Both the position numbers and the translations under genes were made by a program. From an uncultured delta proteobacterium (lineage in GTDB: Bacteria > Desulfobacterota > Zymogenia > Zymogenales > Zymogenaceae): a DNA stretch of 64,000 nt. The notes under the pieces were generated by a model that ran no database searches, had not been told where the DNA came from, and worked only from the letters and a program-made list of their open reading frames with translations. The DNA lies in contig CAVTLK010000004.1 in assembly GCA_963735595.1 (NCBI GenBank), forward strand, positions 96,001 through 160,000, in the 5' to 3' direction. Position 1 is the first letter of the stretch; each line of letters begins with the position of its first letter. This document shows, in pieces, positions 22,055-32,398 of the stretch.

Positions 22055-22288
22055 GGACGATAGTCCGATGTTTCGGCGAGGCCTCCGGCAACGGGGACCG
22101 TTTCCGGGGAGGTGCGTCTCTTGCCGCGGCGGCCGTTACCGCCTGACATTCTCACGCCGTTTTATCGTGATTCCCCCGAACAATCTATTGACGGACAGCA
22201 CGCGTATGGTAAACTAATAAGACTTCAACGAGTATGCCGCTATTTCGTTGTTCTGGTCTTACACCAAACCGTATAGAGGAGTATACCC

Positions 22289-22756
22289 ATGAAAGGAAAC
22301 GACAAGGTTATCGAGACGTTGAACGCCCGCCTGGCCGAAGAGTTGACCGCGATCAATCAATACATGGTTCATGCCGAAATGTGCGACAACTGGAGCTATA
22401 AGAAGCTGGACGAGGCTATCGAGAAGCGCGCCATTACCGAGATGAAGCACGCCGAAAAGCTGATCGCCCGCATCCTATTCTTAGGGGGTGTCCCCGTAGT
22501 CAGCAACCTGAATAAGGTATTTATCGGCGCCGACGTACCCAAGATGCACGCGAGCGACTACACCGCCGAAGAAACGGCCGTAAAGAGCTACAATGACAGC
22601 ATCCGGCTGGCCGCGGATCTTGGCGATAACGGCACCCGTGACCTGCTCCAATCGATCCTGAACGACGAAGAGCAGCACCTGGACTGGATAGAGGCCCAGC
22701 TTGACCAGATCAAGCAGATGGGAATACAGATCTACCTCACCGAGCAGATCGGCTGA
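22289..22756 (+). CDS. bfr: Bacterioferritin
   Basis: MKG...ELTAINQYMVH, EMKHAE, EEQHLDW ferroxidase residues. Confidence 0.93.
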   Translation: MKGNDKVIETLNARLAEELTAINQYMVHAEMCDNWSYKKLDEAIEKRAITEMKHAEKLIARILFLGGVPVVSNLNKVFIGADVPKMHASDYTAEETAVKSYNDSIRLAADLGDNGTRDLLQSILNDEEQHLDWIEAQLDQIKQMGIQIYLTEQIG

Positions 22757-23042
22757 ACAAGCGCTCCCCTGAACGTCCGGGGTAATCTTCATGACCGGCC
22801 CGAACCGTCTCGGTATTGCGCCGTTGGCGGGGACGAGCTTGTTCCATCCCGACCGGGGGATGGTCGGGATTACCGTCCGTCTCGGACGCCTCCGCGCGAA
22901 CCCGACTCCCCCGGCAACGCCCCCGGTGAGGCGATCGGGTCGCCCGGTTTCACCGCATAAACAGCAGACACATCCGGAAGGCTCTCGCACACCGGAACAT
23001 TTCCAATAGGCTCGAAATACTAGATTCGCAAGGAGCGCAAAG

Positions 23043-24188
23043 ATGGCAGTTGACGAAAAGAATATGATGGAAGTAACCCTGCACGATCCCGAGACGGGCA
23101 TCAAGGCGTTCATCGTGGTGCACCGGCTTGTCGGGGGGATATGCGGCGGCGGCGTGAGGATGAGTTCGAACGTAACGTGCGCCGAGGTTGCCCAGCTGGC
23201 GCGGACGATGACCTATAAATTTGCCGCCATGGGCGTTCAGGTCGGAGGGGCCAAGTCGGGCATCGTCTATGATCCCCGCTCACCAGGGAAGAAAGAGGCC
23301 GACGCCGTCTTCGGCAGGATGGCGATGCCGCTCTTGTCCACCGTCTACATGATCGGCGAAGACATGGGCACCAATGCCGAGGACGTTTCGATCATCTACA
23401 ATACCGCGGGCGTCGACCCCATCGAGATGGCCAGGAAAAAGGCAAAGGAGCGCGGTATTACATTGAACCTCCCGGAGAACGTGGAGCTGTCCAAACTCGG
23501 CGGGGAGAGCTTCGAGGAGATCATCACCGGATACGGGATAGCGGAGGCCGCCGATGAGGCCGCTCACCTCCTTTCGCTCGAGCTTACCGGCGCCACCGTG
23601 GCCGTCCAGGGCTTCGGCACCGTCGGCAGCATCACCGCCAGGAACCTCGCCCGCCGGGGCGCCAGGGTCATCGCCGTTACCGACATCGAGGGGACGATCA
23701 GCAACAACGACGGCCTGGACGTGGAAAAACTGATCGCCGCAAAAGACCAGCACGGGACAATCGACCGCTCGAAGCTCGATTTCCCCTTCACAAAGGGAGG
23801 CGGGGAAGGGTGGCTTACGGCCGGCGCCCAGATCGTCGTTCCGGCGGCCGTGGCCGGCGCCATCAACGAGAAGAACGTGAAAACGGTGACCGCAAAGCTG
23901 ATCCTCGAAGGCGCCAACATCCCGATTACGCCGGGTGCCCAGGAGGTGCTGACCAAAAAGGGGACGCCGATCATCCCGGACTTCATCGCCAACGCCGGGG
24001 CAGCGGCCGGTTTCGGCCTCGTGCTGACCGGCCAGTGCCCGGTGGAGAAGGTCTTTGAGGAATTTTCCCGGCGGATCAGGGACGGGGTCCGCTACTCGGT
24101 CCTGGAAAGCAAGAAGAGCAGTATCACTACGCGGCAGGCTGCCGTTAACCTGGCAAACAAGAACCTCGAGGCGTGGGGAATAAAGTAG
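23043..24188 (+). CDS. Glu/Leu/Phe/Val dehydrogenase family protein
   Basis: GGGVRM, MTYKF, GGAKSG, EDMGT, VQGFGTVG, EGAN, PDFIANAG. Confidence 0.88.
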   Translation: MAVDEKNMMEVTLHDPETGIKAFIVVHRLVGGICGGGVRMSSNVTCAEVAQLARTMTYKFAAMGVQVGGAKSGIVYDPRSPGKKEADAVFGRMAMPLLSTVYMIGEDMGTNAEDVSIIYNTAGVDPIEMARKKAKERGITLNLPENVELSKLGGESFEEIITGYGIAEAADEAAHLLSLELTGATVAVQGFGTVGSITARNLARRGARVIAVTDIEGTISNNDGLDVEKLIAAKDQHGTIDRSKLDFPFTKGGGEGWLTAGAQIVVPAAVAGAINEKNVKTVTAKLILEGANIPITPGAQEVLTKKGTPIIPDFIANAGAAAGFGLVLTGQCPVEKVFEEFSRRIRDGVRYSVLESKKSSITTRQAAVNLANKNLEAWGIK

Positions 24189-24237
24189 CGGGCTTCTCAG
24201 ATAACCCAAGGCCCAAGTATATATAGGGAGAAATTCC

Positions 24238-24918
24238 ATGCAGACCGAAATCCTCTTTCGCCCTTCCTATTCGCTGGCAAGGGTGACGCTTGTTGGTAAC
24301 GAAAAGATCAGGACGGAGTCCGGCGCGATGGTCTCGATGTCGGCCGATCTTGCCGTGGAGACCCAGGCCCGCGGGGGGCTCTTGTCGTCGCTGGCCCGCA
24401 CCGTGCTGGGGGGCGAGAGCTTCTTCCTCAATACGTATACCGCCCCCTCCGGGGGCGGTGAGATTACGCTTGCCCCGGCCCTGCCGGGCGACATCATGGT
24501 TATCCCCATGACCGGCGGCACGCTCCTGGTCCAGTCCGGCTCGTACCTGGCCTGCTCGGATGCGATCACCGTGGACACCAAATGGGGCGGGGCCAAGACC
24601 TTCTTTTCGGGCGAGGGGTTCTTCATGCTCAGGGTCGCAGGCAGCGGAACGCTGATCCTTTCGAGCTACGGCGCGATCCACGAGGTAAAGCTCGCCCAGG
24701 GACAGAAGTATATCGTGGATACGACACACCTGGTGGCGTTTGACGAGACGATCGGCTACCAGGTCAAGACCATCGGGGGGGTCAAGAGCACGCTCTTTTC
24801 GGGCGAGGGACTCGTGGTAGAGCTGACCGGCCCGGGCACGGTGCTGCTCCAGACGCGCAGCGAGCGCGCCTTCCTTTCGTGGCTCATCCCCAAGCTGCCG
24901 AAACCCACCAGCTCGTAG
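24238..24918 (+). CDS. TIGR00266/AIM24 family protein
   Basis: ESGAMVSM, GGESFF, FFSGEGFF, SSYGAI, LFSGEGLV repeats. Confidence 0.85.
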   Translation: MQTEILFRPSYSLARVTLVGNEKIRTESGAMVSMSADLAVETQARGGLLSSLARTVLGGESFFLNTYTAPSGGGEITLAPALPGDIMVIPMTGGTLLVQSGSYLACSDAITVDTKWGGAKTFFSGEGFFMLRVAGSGTLILSSYGAIHEVKLAQGQKYIVDTTHLVAFDETIGYQVKTIGGVKSTLFSGEGLVVELTGPGTVLLQTRSERAFLSWLIPKLPKPTSS

Positions 24919-24951
24919 ACGGGTGCGCTCCGCGTATCTTTGCAGAAACCA

Positions 24952-24988
24952 ATAATCCCCCGGAAGGGAAGGTCTTCCGGGGGATTAT
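24952..24988. terminator. Hairpin between convergent genes
   Basis: ATAATCCCCCGGAAG...CTTCCGGGGGATTAT inverted repeat. Confidence 0.6.
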
Positions 24989-25017
24989 GTATTTCGCGGG
25001 GCGTCTTTTATTATGAT

Positions 25018-25971
25018 TCAGGTGTGTCCGTGTCGTCGCACCGGGATTCGGGAATCCGCCGCTTTCCCCCTCGCTATTTTCCCGCCGAGATACGCCAGGA
25101 CCCTCCCGTCGATACCGATCAACCCCACAAAGATCAGGCCCATCCCCGCCAGCTCCTGCCATCGGACTACCTCCTTGAGGATCACGACGCCCAGTATGAT
25201 CGCCCCGATCGGCACCAGGAAGGTCACCAGCAGCACGTTGACGGCCCCGGCCGTCGACAGGATCCGGAAAAAGATGACGTACGCCGCCGCCGTGCCGAGC
25301 ACGGCGAGCGTCGCCACCGCCCCGACCGCCTCCGGTGAGGGACGCGACGGCCAGGGCCAATCGACCGCCAGCGCCGGAACGAGCATGAGCAGGCTTGCGC
25401 TGACGAGCATCCCGGTCGCGATGGTCAGCGGTTTTACCCCCGCGAAACGCTTGGCGAAAATCCCCCCCAGGGCGTACATCAGCGCGGCGCCCAGAACGGC
25501 TACCTGGCCGAAGCCCCGCCACGACAGGCCGTCTTTGAGCTCCGGGCTCAGCATCAGATAGACGCCCAGAAATCCCACGATCATCCCGGCGAGTTTCCTC
25601 GGGCGGAGTTTCTCGTCCGCGGTAAAAAAGTGAGCGAGGATGCCGGCAAAGATCGGCGTCGTGGCGTTAAAGATCGCGGCGCTGCCGCTGTCGATCCGGG
25701 TCTGGCCCCACACGATCAGGGAAAAGGGTATGGCGTTGTTGAGCGCCCCCAGCACCAGGTAAGGCCACCAGCCGCCCGGGGTCGCGGGCAGCCGCTGTCC
25801 GAAGAGGTGCATGGCGCACAACAGGACGACCGCCGCCGTCGCCACCCGAAAAAAGACAACGGTAAAGGGATGGAAATCCCTGAGCGCGATCTCGATGAGA
25901 AAGAACGACCCTCCCCAGATAACCGAAAGGATAACCAGCATCCCCCACTCGATGGGTTTCATTGCGCGCAT
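25018..25971 (-). CDS. DMT/EamA family transporter
   Basis: IWGGSF, NNAIPFSL, NATTPIF; about 10 TM segments; start approximate. Confidence 0.88.
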   Translation of the reverse strand: MRAMKPIEWGMLVILSVIWGGSFFLIEIALRDFHPFTVVFFRVATAAVVLLCAMHLFGQRLPATPGGWWPYLVLGALNNAIPFSLIVWGQTRIDSGSAAIFNATTPIFAGILAHFFTADEKLRPRKLAGMIVGFLGVYLMLSPELKDGLSWRGFGQVAVLGAALMYALGGIFAKRFAGVKPLTIATGMLVSASLLMLVPALAVDWPWPSRPSPEAVGAVATLAVLGTAAAYVIFFRILSTAGAVNVLLVTFLVPIGAIILGVVILKEVVRWQELAGMGLIFVGLIGIDGRVLAYLGGKIARGKAADSRIPVRRHGHT

Positions 25972-26062
25972 TCGTTCCCCCGATAGAGTGTCGGGAGTAT
26001 AACATAAAAGGGAGGGGTAATCCCTCCCTTTTGTGTTGCCGGGCATGATTTTTTCTGAGGCC

Positions 26063-27370
26063 CTAAAAGAGCAGGCCCGCCTGTTCGGCCTCGTGTTTGA
26101 GCTGGTCCCGGTAATCCGGGTGGGCGATCCTGAGCATCTCCCTGACCCGCTCGGGTACGCTCTTGAGCCGGAGGTCGGCCACCCCGTTTTCGGTCACGAT
26201 ATAGTGGACGTCGGAACGGGGTGTCGTCACGATCGTGCCGGGGAGAAACTGGGAGACGACCCGGGAGATCGGGCCGTTCTTAGTCGTGGACGTGGAGGGC
26301 AGCGCGATGAACGACATGCCCCCCCGCGACATCGCCGCCCCGCGCACGAAATCGGCCTGGCCGCCGGTACCGCTGTACATCGAATGGCCGAGGGATTCGG
26401 ACGCGCACTGGCCCGTCAAATCCACCGTCATCGTATTGTTGATGGAGACCATGTGGTCGTTTTTGGCGATGTTATTGACGTTATTCGTATAGTATATCGG
26501 CGCAAACTCGCAAACCGGGTTGTGATCGATAAAGTCGTAAAGCTTGCGGGACCCGATACAGAAACCGCACACGATCTTTCCGGGGTGAAAGGTCTTTTTC
26601 TTATTGGTGACCGCGCCGCACTCATACAAGTCCATGACCGACTCGGTGAGCATCTCGGTATGCACGCCGAGGTTCTTTTTATCCGTGAGGAGGTGACCGA
26701 CGGCGTTGGACGTGCCGCCGATCCCGAGCTGGATGGTGGCTCCGTCCGGCACACGCTCCGCGATGAGGGCGCCGATCTTTTTATCCTCTTCGGTGATGGG
26801 GATCTCGGGCAGCTCCGTGAGCGGATGGTCTTTCTCGACAATCCAGTCCACGTCGTTTACATGAATAAGGGCCTGAAGGCCGGTAACGTAGGGGGTCTCC
26901 TTATTGACCTGAACAATGACGGTATCGGCAATCGAGGAGGCAAGCCCGCCGTTATAGACGCCGATGGGACCCAGGCTCATGAACCCGCGGGAATCGGGCG
27001 GCGTCACTTCGCAGAAGTAGACGTTGGGATTGATCATTCTCACGATATCATCGGACAACGACAGGTGATAGGAAATCGGCTCGACGTTACTCTTGTTCTT
27101 GAGGAACATCCGCTCCAGAGGGCCCATGAAAAGGGTCTTGAAGTTGATGTGGCCGCGCATCTCGGGTTTGAAGATTTCGAGCATATACATCGTGATGCCG
27201 GAAACCAGTGTGACGTTTTCCAGCTCCATGTACCGCAGGGCCAGGGCGTTGACGATGTCCGGCGGCGCCGAGATACCGCCTCCCATTGCGATTCTGTCGC
27301 CGGACTTGATGTGGGAAACGGCTTGTTCCGGCGAGACCAGCTTTCGTTTGTAGGCTTCTTTCCAATCCAT
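26063..27370 (-). CDS. Acetyl-CoA hydrolase/transferase family (4-hydroxybutyrate CoA-transferase-like)
   Basis: DGATIQLGIGG, LGVHTEM, SGTGGQADF, IVTENGVADL. Confidence 0.9.
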   Translation of the reverse strand: MDWKEAYKRKLVSPEQAVSHIKSGDRIAMGGGISAPPDIVNALALRYMELENVTLVSGITMYMLEIFKPEMRGHINFKTLFMGPLERMFLKNKSNVEPISYHLSLSDDIVRMINPNVYFCEVTPPDSRGFMSLGPIGVYNGGLASSIADTVIVQVNKETPYVTGLQALIHVNDVDWIVEKDHPLTELPEIPITEEDKKIGALIAERVPDGATIQLGIGGTSNAVGHLLTDKKNLGVHTEMLTESVMDLYECGAVTNKKKTFHPGKIVCGFCIGSRKLYDFIDHNPVCEFAPIYYTNNVNNIAKNDHMVSINNTMTVDLTGQCASESLGHSMYSGTGGQADFVRGAAMSRGGMSFIALPSTSTTKNGPISRVVSQFLPGTIVTTPRSDVHYIVTENGVADLRLKSVPERVREMLRIAHPDYRDQLKHEAEQAGLLF

Positions 27371-27444
27371 TGTATGTATCTCCTTTCAGTAGTATTTCGT
27401 CAAATTTTAGTATATCAGAAGACGGGAAACGATTACAAGTAAAA

Positions 27445-27480
27445 AATGAATAGCCATTCATTAAAGTGAGTGGGCGCTCA
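27445..27480. promoter_or_regulatory. Two adjacent palindromic operator-like boxes upstream of the CoA transferase
   Basis: AATGAAT-AGCC-ATTCATT and TGAGT-GGGC-GCTCA. Confidence 0.5.
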
Positions 27481-27773
27481 GTCATTACCATTGGGCCGCG
27501 TCCCCTCCAAACACGGGACGGCCTGCGAAGCTGCCGCCCCGGTCCGCTCCCCGGCCGTCCGGCGGGAGCTCGAGGAAATCGTCGGTCTGTGACGCCGATC
27601 ATTTTCTGAATCTCGATAGACGTGCTATGATTTATAAGAAAAGGGTATGAGCATGGGATCTATTCATCACCAACCATCCGGGTGGAGAAAAACCGGAGTG
27701 TGGTACTTGCTCTCCTTTTCGCCGGGTTGCTACGAAGGGATTATTTTTATCGATATTTATCAGGAGTAGATCA

Positions 27774-28178
27774 ATGAAAAAGAAGAACGCATTCCTAATG
27801 GTGGTGTTGGCCTGCGCACTCGTGCTTGCGGTGACGGCGGCCGCCTTTGCAGACGATTGGGTCGTGCTCGGCAGGAAAACGGTCGCGCTGGGTGCGGATC
27901 GCGATGAAATCTGGGTGGGGTCCGACGAGGGGAAGTTCAAGGCGATAAAGCTCCGCGTACTCGATACCGGAGTTGAATTCGACAGGCTGCTCGTCGTAGT
28001 CAGAACCGGCCGGACGGTCGAGGCATCGATCCGCGAGTTTATCCCCGCCGGTGGCGAGACGCGCGTCATCGACCTGCCGGGCAGGGATCGTGTCATCAAG
28101 AAGGTTATCATTCACTATACGACAAGACCCGGGACCCTGGACCGCGCCGAAGTCGAGGTGTGGGGGTTGAGGGACTGA
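27774..28178 (+). CDS. Secreted DUF2541-like small beta protein
   Basis: Signal peptide ending AAFA; WVVLGRKTV...DRDEI...TRVIDLPG...EVEVWG. Confidence 0.7.
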   Translation: MKKKNAFLMVVLACALVLAVTAAAFADDWVVLGRKTVALGADRDEIWVGSDEGKFKAIKLRVLDTGVEFDRLLVVVRTGRTVEASIREFIPAGGETRVIDLPGRDRVIKKVIIHYTTRPGTLDRAEVEVWGLRD

Positions 28179-28202
28179 GCCGGGCCTATACGCGATAGTA
28201 GA

Positions 28203-28236
28203 TACGGGCGCGACGCGATCGCGCCCGTATTTTTTT
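28203..28236 (+). terminator. Intrinsic terminator
   Basis: TACGGGCGCGA-CGCGA-TCGCGCCCGTA then TTTTTTT. Confidence 0.7.
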
Positions 28237-28424
28237 ACCCCACGGCCGGATACTTCGGCCTCACGGTTCACCGGGCACTCAAAGCGCCGAAAAGCTCGGT
28301 AGATATCCCCGCCCTTCATCCATGCCGGCATATCAATTCTTTACTTGTAACTTCGTCAGTTTTCATATAGTGTATTCTATACTGATTCCATACTGTCAAA
28401 CGCCTATCGGCACGGGGGGTACCC

Positions 28425-29784
28425 ATGCTTTTCCCCCTCTCATCACACAGCGACAAGATACGCCTGCCCCGGGCGACGCTGGCCCTCGTCGGATTGAATT
28501 TCCTCATATACTTCTTTACCTCGCGCCTGTACGGAGCGGGGTTGGAGGCGTTTTATGATTTCTTCGGCCTGACGCCCTCCCGCGTGCTTTCTCCCGACTT
28601 CATCATCTGGTACAAGACCTTCCCGTTTTTGACGTCGATGTTTGTCCATGCGGACTTCCTCCACGTCGCCGGCAACTGCCTGTTCCTCTACGTCTTCGGA
28701 AGCGCACTGGAAAACCGCTACGGCCCAAGGAAGTACCTCTATTTCTACTTCTTGAGCGGTATCTATTCGGGCCTTTTCTTCGTAGCCTGCAACTGGCAAT
28801 CGCCGATTGGTGTCATCGGGGCGAGTGGAGCGATCTCGGGGCTGATGGGAGGCGTTCTTTTACTCCTGCCGGTCAAAAAGATACGCTTTCTCTTTATCTC
28901 TCTCATCCCGTTCTACTCCCGTATTGTAGAGATCCCCGCGTATATATGCATGGGGCTCTATTTTATCATGCAGGTCCTGTTTGGTTTCCTGGACAAGGGA
29001 TCCAATATCGCCTACTGGGGGCACGTGGGAGGGTTCGTCGGCGGTTTCGCCCTGAGCTTCCTCGTGCTGACCCGGCCGTTTTCCCGCCCGCGGAAGGCGA
29101 GGAAAAGGATCCTCCTGCTCGGCAAGACCAGACCCCCGCGCCCGCAGCCCCGTCACGAGTTCGTCTGGGACTCCGCCCGCGCGATCGCCGCCGGCGTCAT
29201 GCGCTCCAGGACCCTCTTCCGTATTGTCGTGGCGCTCCTCGTCGTCTACCTGATCCTGCTGGTGAACTATTACGTATTCGAACTTGCGGTGGGATTGGGC
29301 GATATTCTACACCCTTGTGGAGACTCTTTTTATCCTCTTCCCGTTCGTCTATTTCCTGATCCTGAACAAGGCCGTACACGAAGGCACCTCCTCGTTTTTC
29401 GGCTCGTTCTTTTCGCTGCTGTACGAGGGGAGATACGATGGCGAGGAAAAGCCGGATATCTATAAGGCCGAGGCCTTTGAACAAAAGGGAGACTATCTGG
29501 GGGCCGTCAGGGAATACCGGAGGATCTTTGCGCGGTTTCCCGACAGGGTGGACATCCTGTACCGGATAGCGGAGATATACCGCAACAAGCTCAAGGACAC
29601 GCGAAAGGCCGCCGGCGCGTATAAGGCCCTGCTCACGTATCCCGAAAAGGGCAAATACGCGTACTGCGTGCGGCATGCCAGGGAGATGATCGAAATACTT
29701 GAAAAAGGGACGCCTGAGCATCCGGAGCCGATCGGGGTTGATGGGACGGAAACCGATGACGATTTTATAATCAGCAAATTTTAG
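28425..29784 (+). CDS. Rhomboid intramembrane protease probably fused to a TM + TPR-like domain (frameshift near 29283)
   Basis: SMFVHADFLHVAGN, GASG (catalytic Ser), GHVGG (catalytic His); the +1 frame continues RWDWAIFYTLVETLF...TPR-like. Confidence 0.75.
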
Positions 29785-29852
29785 GTTCTTGTTTGAGGTT
29801 CTTGAAGAAGCAACTGCAAAACCGATGACAATAAACCGGTAACACCGAGTAA

Positions 29853-30431
29853 ATGAAAGAGCGTATCCTTAATTTTGTAATCGGTATCCGAGAAGAAAGG
29901 ATTAAGGCGGGCTGCTGGATATGTGGGGTATTAGGTGTTTTCGTTCTTCTGTTCATTATCTACTCCGTGACTTTTGGCTATATTTCGGGACTCCTGGCGT
30001 TTAAACTGGCTTTTTACGAGACGTTATTCTTCGTCGGCATCCTTATACTCTATAAGTATTATCTCGAATTGATTGGGACGATTACCGGTCCGTTTGGGTT
30101 CCTCTTCCATAGCGGAACCAAGGAAAGCATCCTGAGGCCGGCCGTCCACAAAGCCAAGATGCTCCGGGAGCGACGTGACTATCAAGGTGCTGTTAAGGAA
30201 TATAGAAAACTATTCGTGATGTTTCCCGAACGTCTTGACTTCTTATATGAAATAGGTGAAATCTACCGTAAATACCTTTATGATTCCGAGCGTGCGATAA
30301 GGGCGTATCGTGAGCTTGCCAGGAAACCGGAAGAGGGCGAGTATGCGTATTTAGTCAAGGAGGCGAACTACCATATCGATACGTTTTCAGGAAAAACTGC
30401 TGAACATGCGGAAGAAGATGGGAATAAGTAA
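29853..30431 (+). CDS. Two-TM membrane protein with TPR-like domain, paralogous to the rhomboid C-terminal part
   Basis: DYQGAVKEYRKLFVMFPERLDFLYEIGEIYR versus DYLGAVREYRRIFARFPDRVDILYRIAEIYR. Confidence 0.75.
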   Translation: MKERILNFVIGIREERIKAGCWICGVLGVFVLLFIIYSVTFGYISGLLAFKLAFYETLFFVGILILYKYYLELIGTITGPFGFLFHSGTKESILRPAVHKAKMLRERRDYQGAVKEYRKLFVMFPERLDFLYEIGEIYRKYLYDSERAIRAYRELARKPEEGEYAYLVKEANYHIDTFSGKTAEHAEEDGNK

Positions 30432-30536
30432 GTCGGGTTATTTTATCCGTAGCTTTGAGCACGGCCAAAGGACTAACTTAAACACCGGTACAGTTAATGG
30501 AAGCAGATCACGAACTCCAAGTCAATAAGAACATTT

Positions 30537-31649
30537 TTGTGGAAGGGTATGATGAAAAAGATCATGTGGCTCGTTGTTTGTTTTGTCGTTCTTCCGTTAA
30601 TAGGATATGCAACATCTTTCGCGCTTGACTCCGGTTCAACAAATGCCGAACCCGGACCGAAGTCCTTTGAGGAAATAGTGGCCACTTTTCAGACGCCGAG
30701 TGATGTTGAAACGTACGTTCTTAAGAATTTTACGTACAAGAAGGATAAGGGTAAGAAGGATCAACTAAAAAGCGTGGAAAGATTCGTGAAAGACGGGGGC
30801 GGTGATTGTGAAGATTACGCATATTTTATTGCAAAGTCCCTACGATGGCTTGGCTATAATGCGAAAATCGTAGAGCTACATTTCAAGAGTGATGTGAGTG
30901 TAATGGCCGAAAAAACGAATCACTCTGTAGCCATATTCCTTGACCCTCGAACAAATAGTTGGCATTTTATGGAGGGGTTCACTGACTCACCTTCAGGATC
31001 TGCCAAAATTAGCGGACCGTATAGTAATGAGCAAGAGCTGATAGCTGACTATTTCAAGTTATCAGGAGGAGTAGGAGATTCTGGCCCAAGTTACGATTTT
31101 CAAACACCGCAAACCTTAGAGAATATGTACAGAAACAAACCGAATTGTGAATTTCTGGAATCAACACCAGCAGGCACGAATACGTCTAAACCTGATAATT
31201 ACATTAATCCTTCGCCTAAAACTATGGAATCAACACCGATAGATACAACTACCCATGAACCCGATATTTCAATTACTCCTTCCTCTAACACGGGTACTGC
31301 TCTTGATTTACTAAATAAAGGAATAGCTTTTTCAGATAGTAAGCAGTATGAGAATGCTATCGACTGTTTTGACAAGGCTCTGATTGCTGACCCAAACTTT
31401 ACTCCTGCTCACATAGAACTAGGTAAAGTATACTACAACATGGGCAAATACGAAGAAGCAATACTTGTTCTTACAAAAGGAATCGGCGAATTATACGCAT
31501 CTGAGGGTCTATACTACCGCGGCCTCTCATACATCAAGTTGGGTCTGAAAGATAAGGCCTTGGCAGATCTTAAAAAAGCCTGCGAAATGTCTAAAAGAGA
31601 CGGTGTTGAAGGAACAGAAGCATGTGATGCCTATGACTCGTTGAAATAG
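30537..31649 (+). CDS. Exported transglutaminase-like (papain-fold) protein with C-terminal TPRs
   Basis: Signal or anchor segment; GDCEDYA, NHSVA; Ser/Thr/Pro linker; three TPR-like repeats; start may be 30550. Confidence 0.7.
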   Translation: MWKGMMKKIMWLVVCFVVLPLIGYATSFALDSGSTNAEPGPKSFEEIVATFQTPSDVETYVLKNFTYKKDKGKKDQLKSVERFVKDGGGDCEDYAYFIAKSLRWLGYNAKIVELHFKSDVSVMAEKTNHSVAIFLDPRTNSWHFMEGFTDSPSGSAKISGPYSNEQELIADYFKLSGGVGDSGPSYDFQTPQTLENMYRNKPNCEFLESTPAGTNTSKPDNYINPSPKTMESTPIDTTTHEPDISITPSSNTGTALDLLNKGIAFSDSKQYENAIDCFDKALIADPNFTPAHIELGKVYYNMGKYEEAILVLTKGIGELYASEGLYYRGLSYIKLGLKDKALADLKKACEMSKRDGVEGTEACDAYDSLK

Positions 31650-31716
31650 TACTTAAATATGAGATAGGTTTTCACAAACACTTTGCGGCGGGCGGTCTTT
31701 TTTATTTAGGTAGACC

Positions 31717-32274
31717 ATGTATTTGATAACTCTATTTCTTAACCGCTTCTATCTCTTTCTTTCGATCCTACAAGACATTTGGAAGTTTGTCGGTACTACT
31801 AACTTTGTATCTCTTTTGAGCCTCTTTACTCTGGTAGCTGTATTGATTTCATTGAAGTATATGAGAGACACTCTTGACTTAATGAAAAAGGAGTTTGCGT
31901 ATTCCCGTCAACCCATGGATATCTTAGGTATTGAATATGACTTTTCATCTGCTAAACTATCAATTATAAGAATTACTTTTCAGAATAAATCGTCATTGGA
32001 CAATTCTGTCTTGGCAGTATTTCTCAATGACGGAACGTCACCGGATTCAATGACGTTCGTATTGTCCGGCAAATACGAAACCGCGGTGGTACAGGCCAAT
32101 AGCTCAAAGGATATTGAATACTATTCCACTCTCTCGTGTATACATCTTCTAAAACAGTTGGGATTTGGAGTATTCCTCGATAGCAAGAACAATCCGGCTC
32201 ATTTTCTGATCTATTTTGACAAAGAAAAAGGACACTGCACAAAATCAACTGATAGTATCTACCGTCAACAATAG
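31717..32274 (+). CDS. Hypothetical membrane-anchored protein (AT-rich)
   Basis: 185-aa ORF with an N-terminal hydrophobic segment; no recognised family. Confidence 0.5.
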   Translation: MYLITLFLNRFYLFLSILQDIWKFVGTTNFVSLLSLFTLVAVLISLKYMRDTLDLMKKEFAYSRQPMDILGIEYDFSSAKLSIIRITFQNKSSLDNSVLAVFLNDGTSPDSMTFVLSGKYETAVVQANSSKDIEYYSTLSCIHLLKQLGFGVFLDSKNNPAHFLIYFDKEKGHCTKSTDSIYRQQ

Positions 32275-32299
32275 GCTTGAAGAAAGGAGGTGATAAAAG

Positions 32300-32398
32300 A
32301 TGTCGGGGACTGTCGAGAAGGTTATTATCTCCGGGCATAAGCTCCGGCTCATCGCGTTCCGGGGAGGGTACTACCTAGAGGTCGAAAACCTCAACTAA
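32300..32398 (+). CDS. Putative 32-aa small protein
   Basis: SD AAGGAGGTGA upstream of ATG; MSGTVEKVIISGHKLRLIAFRGGYYLEVENLN. Confidence 0.45.
   Translation: MSGTVEKVIISGHKLRLIAFRGGYYLEVENLN

Noticed and set aside
22757..23042. Hairpin-rich spacer upstream of the amino acid dehydrogenase as a riboswitch
   Set aside because: Only generic GC hairpins; no aptamer consensus recognised
27670..27735. c-di-GMP-I riboswitch (GCCGGGTTGC 3' motif)
   Set aside because: The GGCAAAC, GAAA tetraloop and GACGCAAAG core elements are absent
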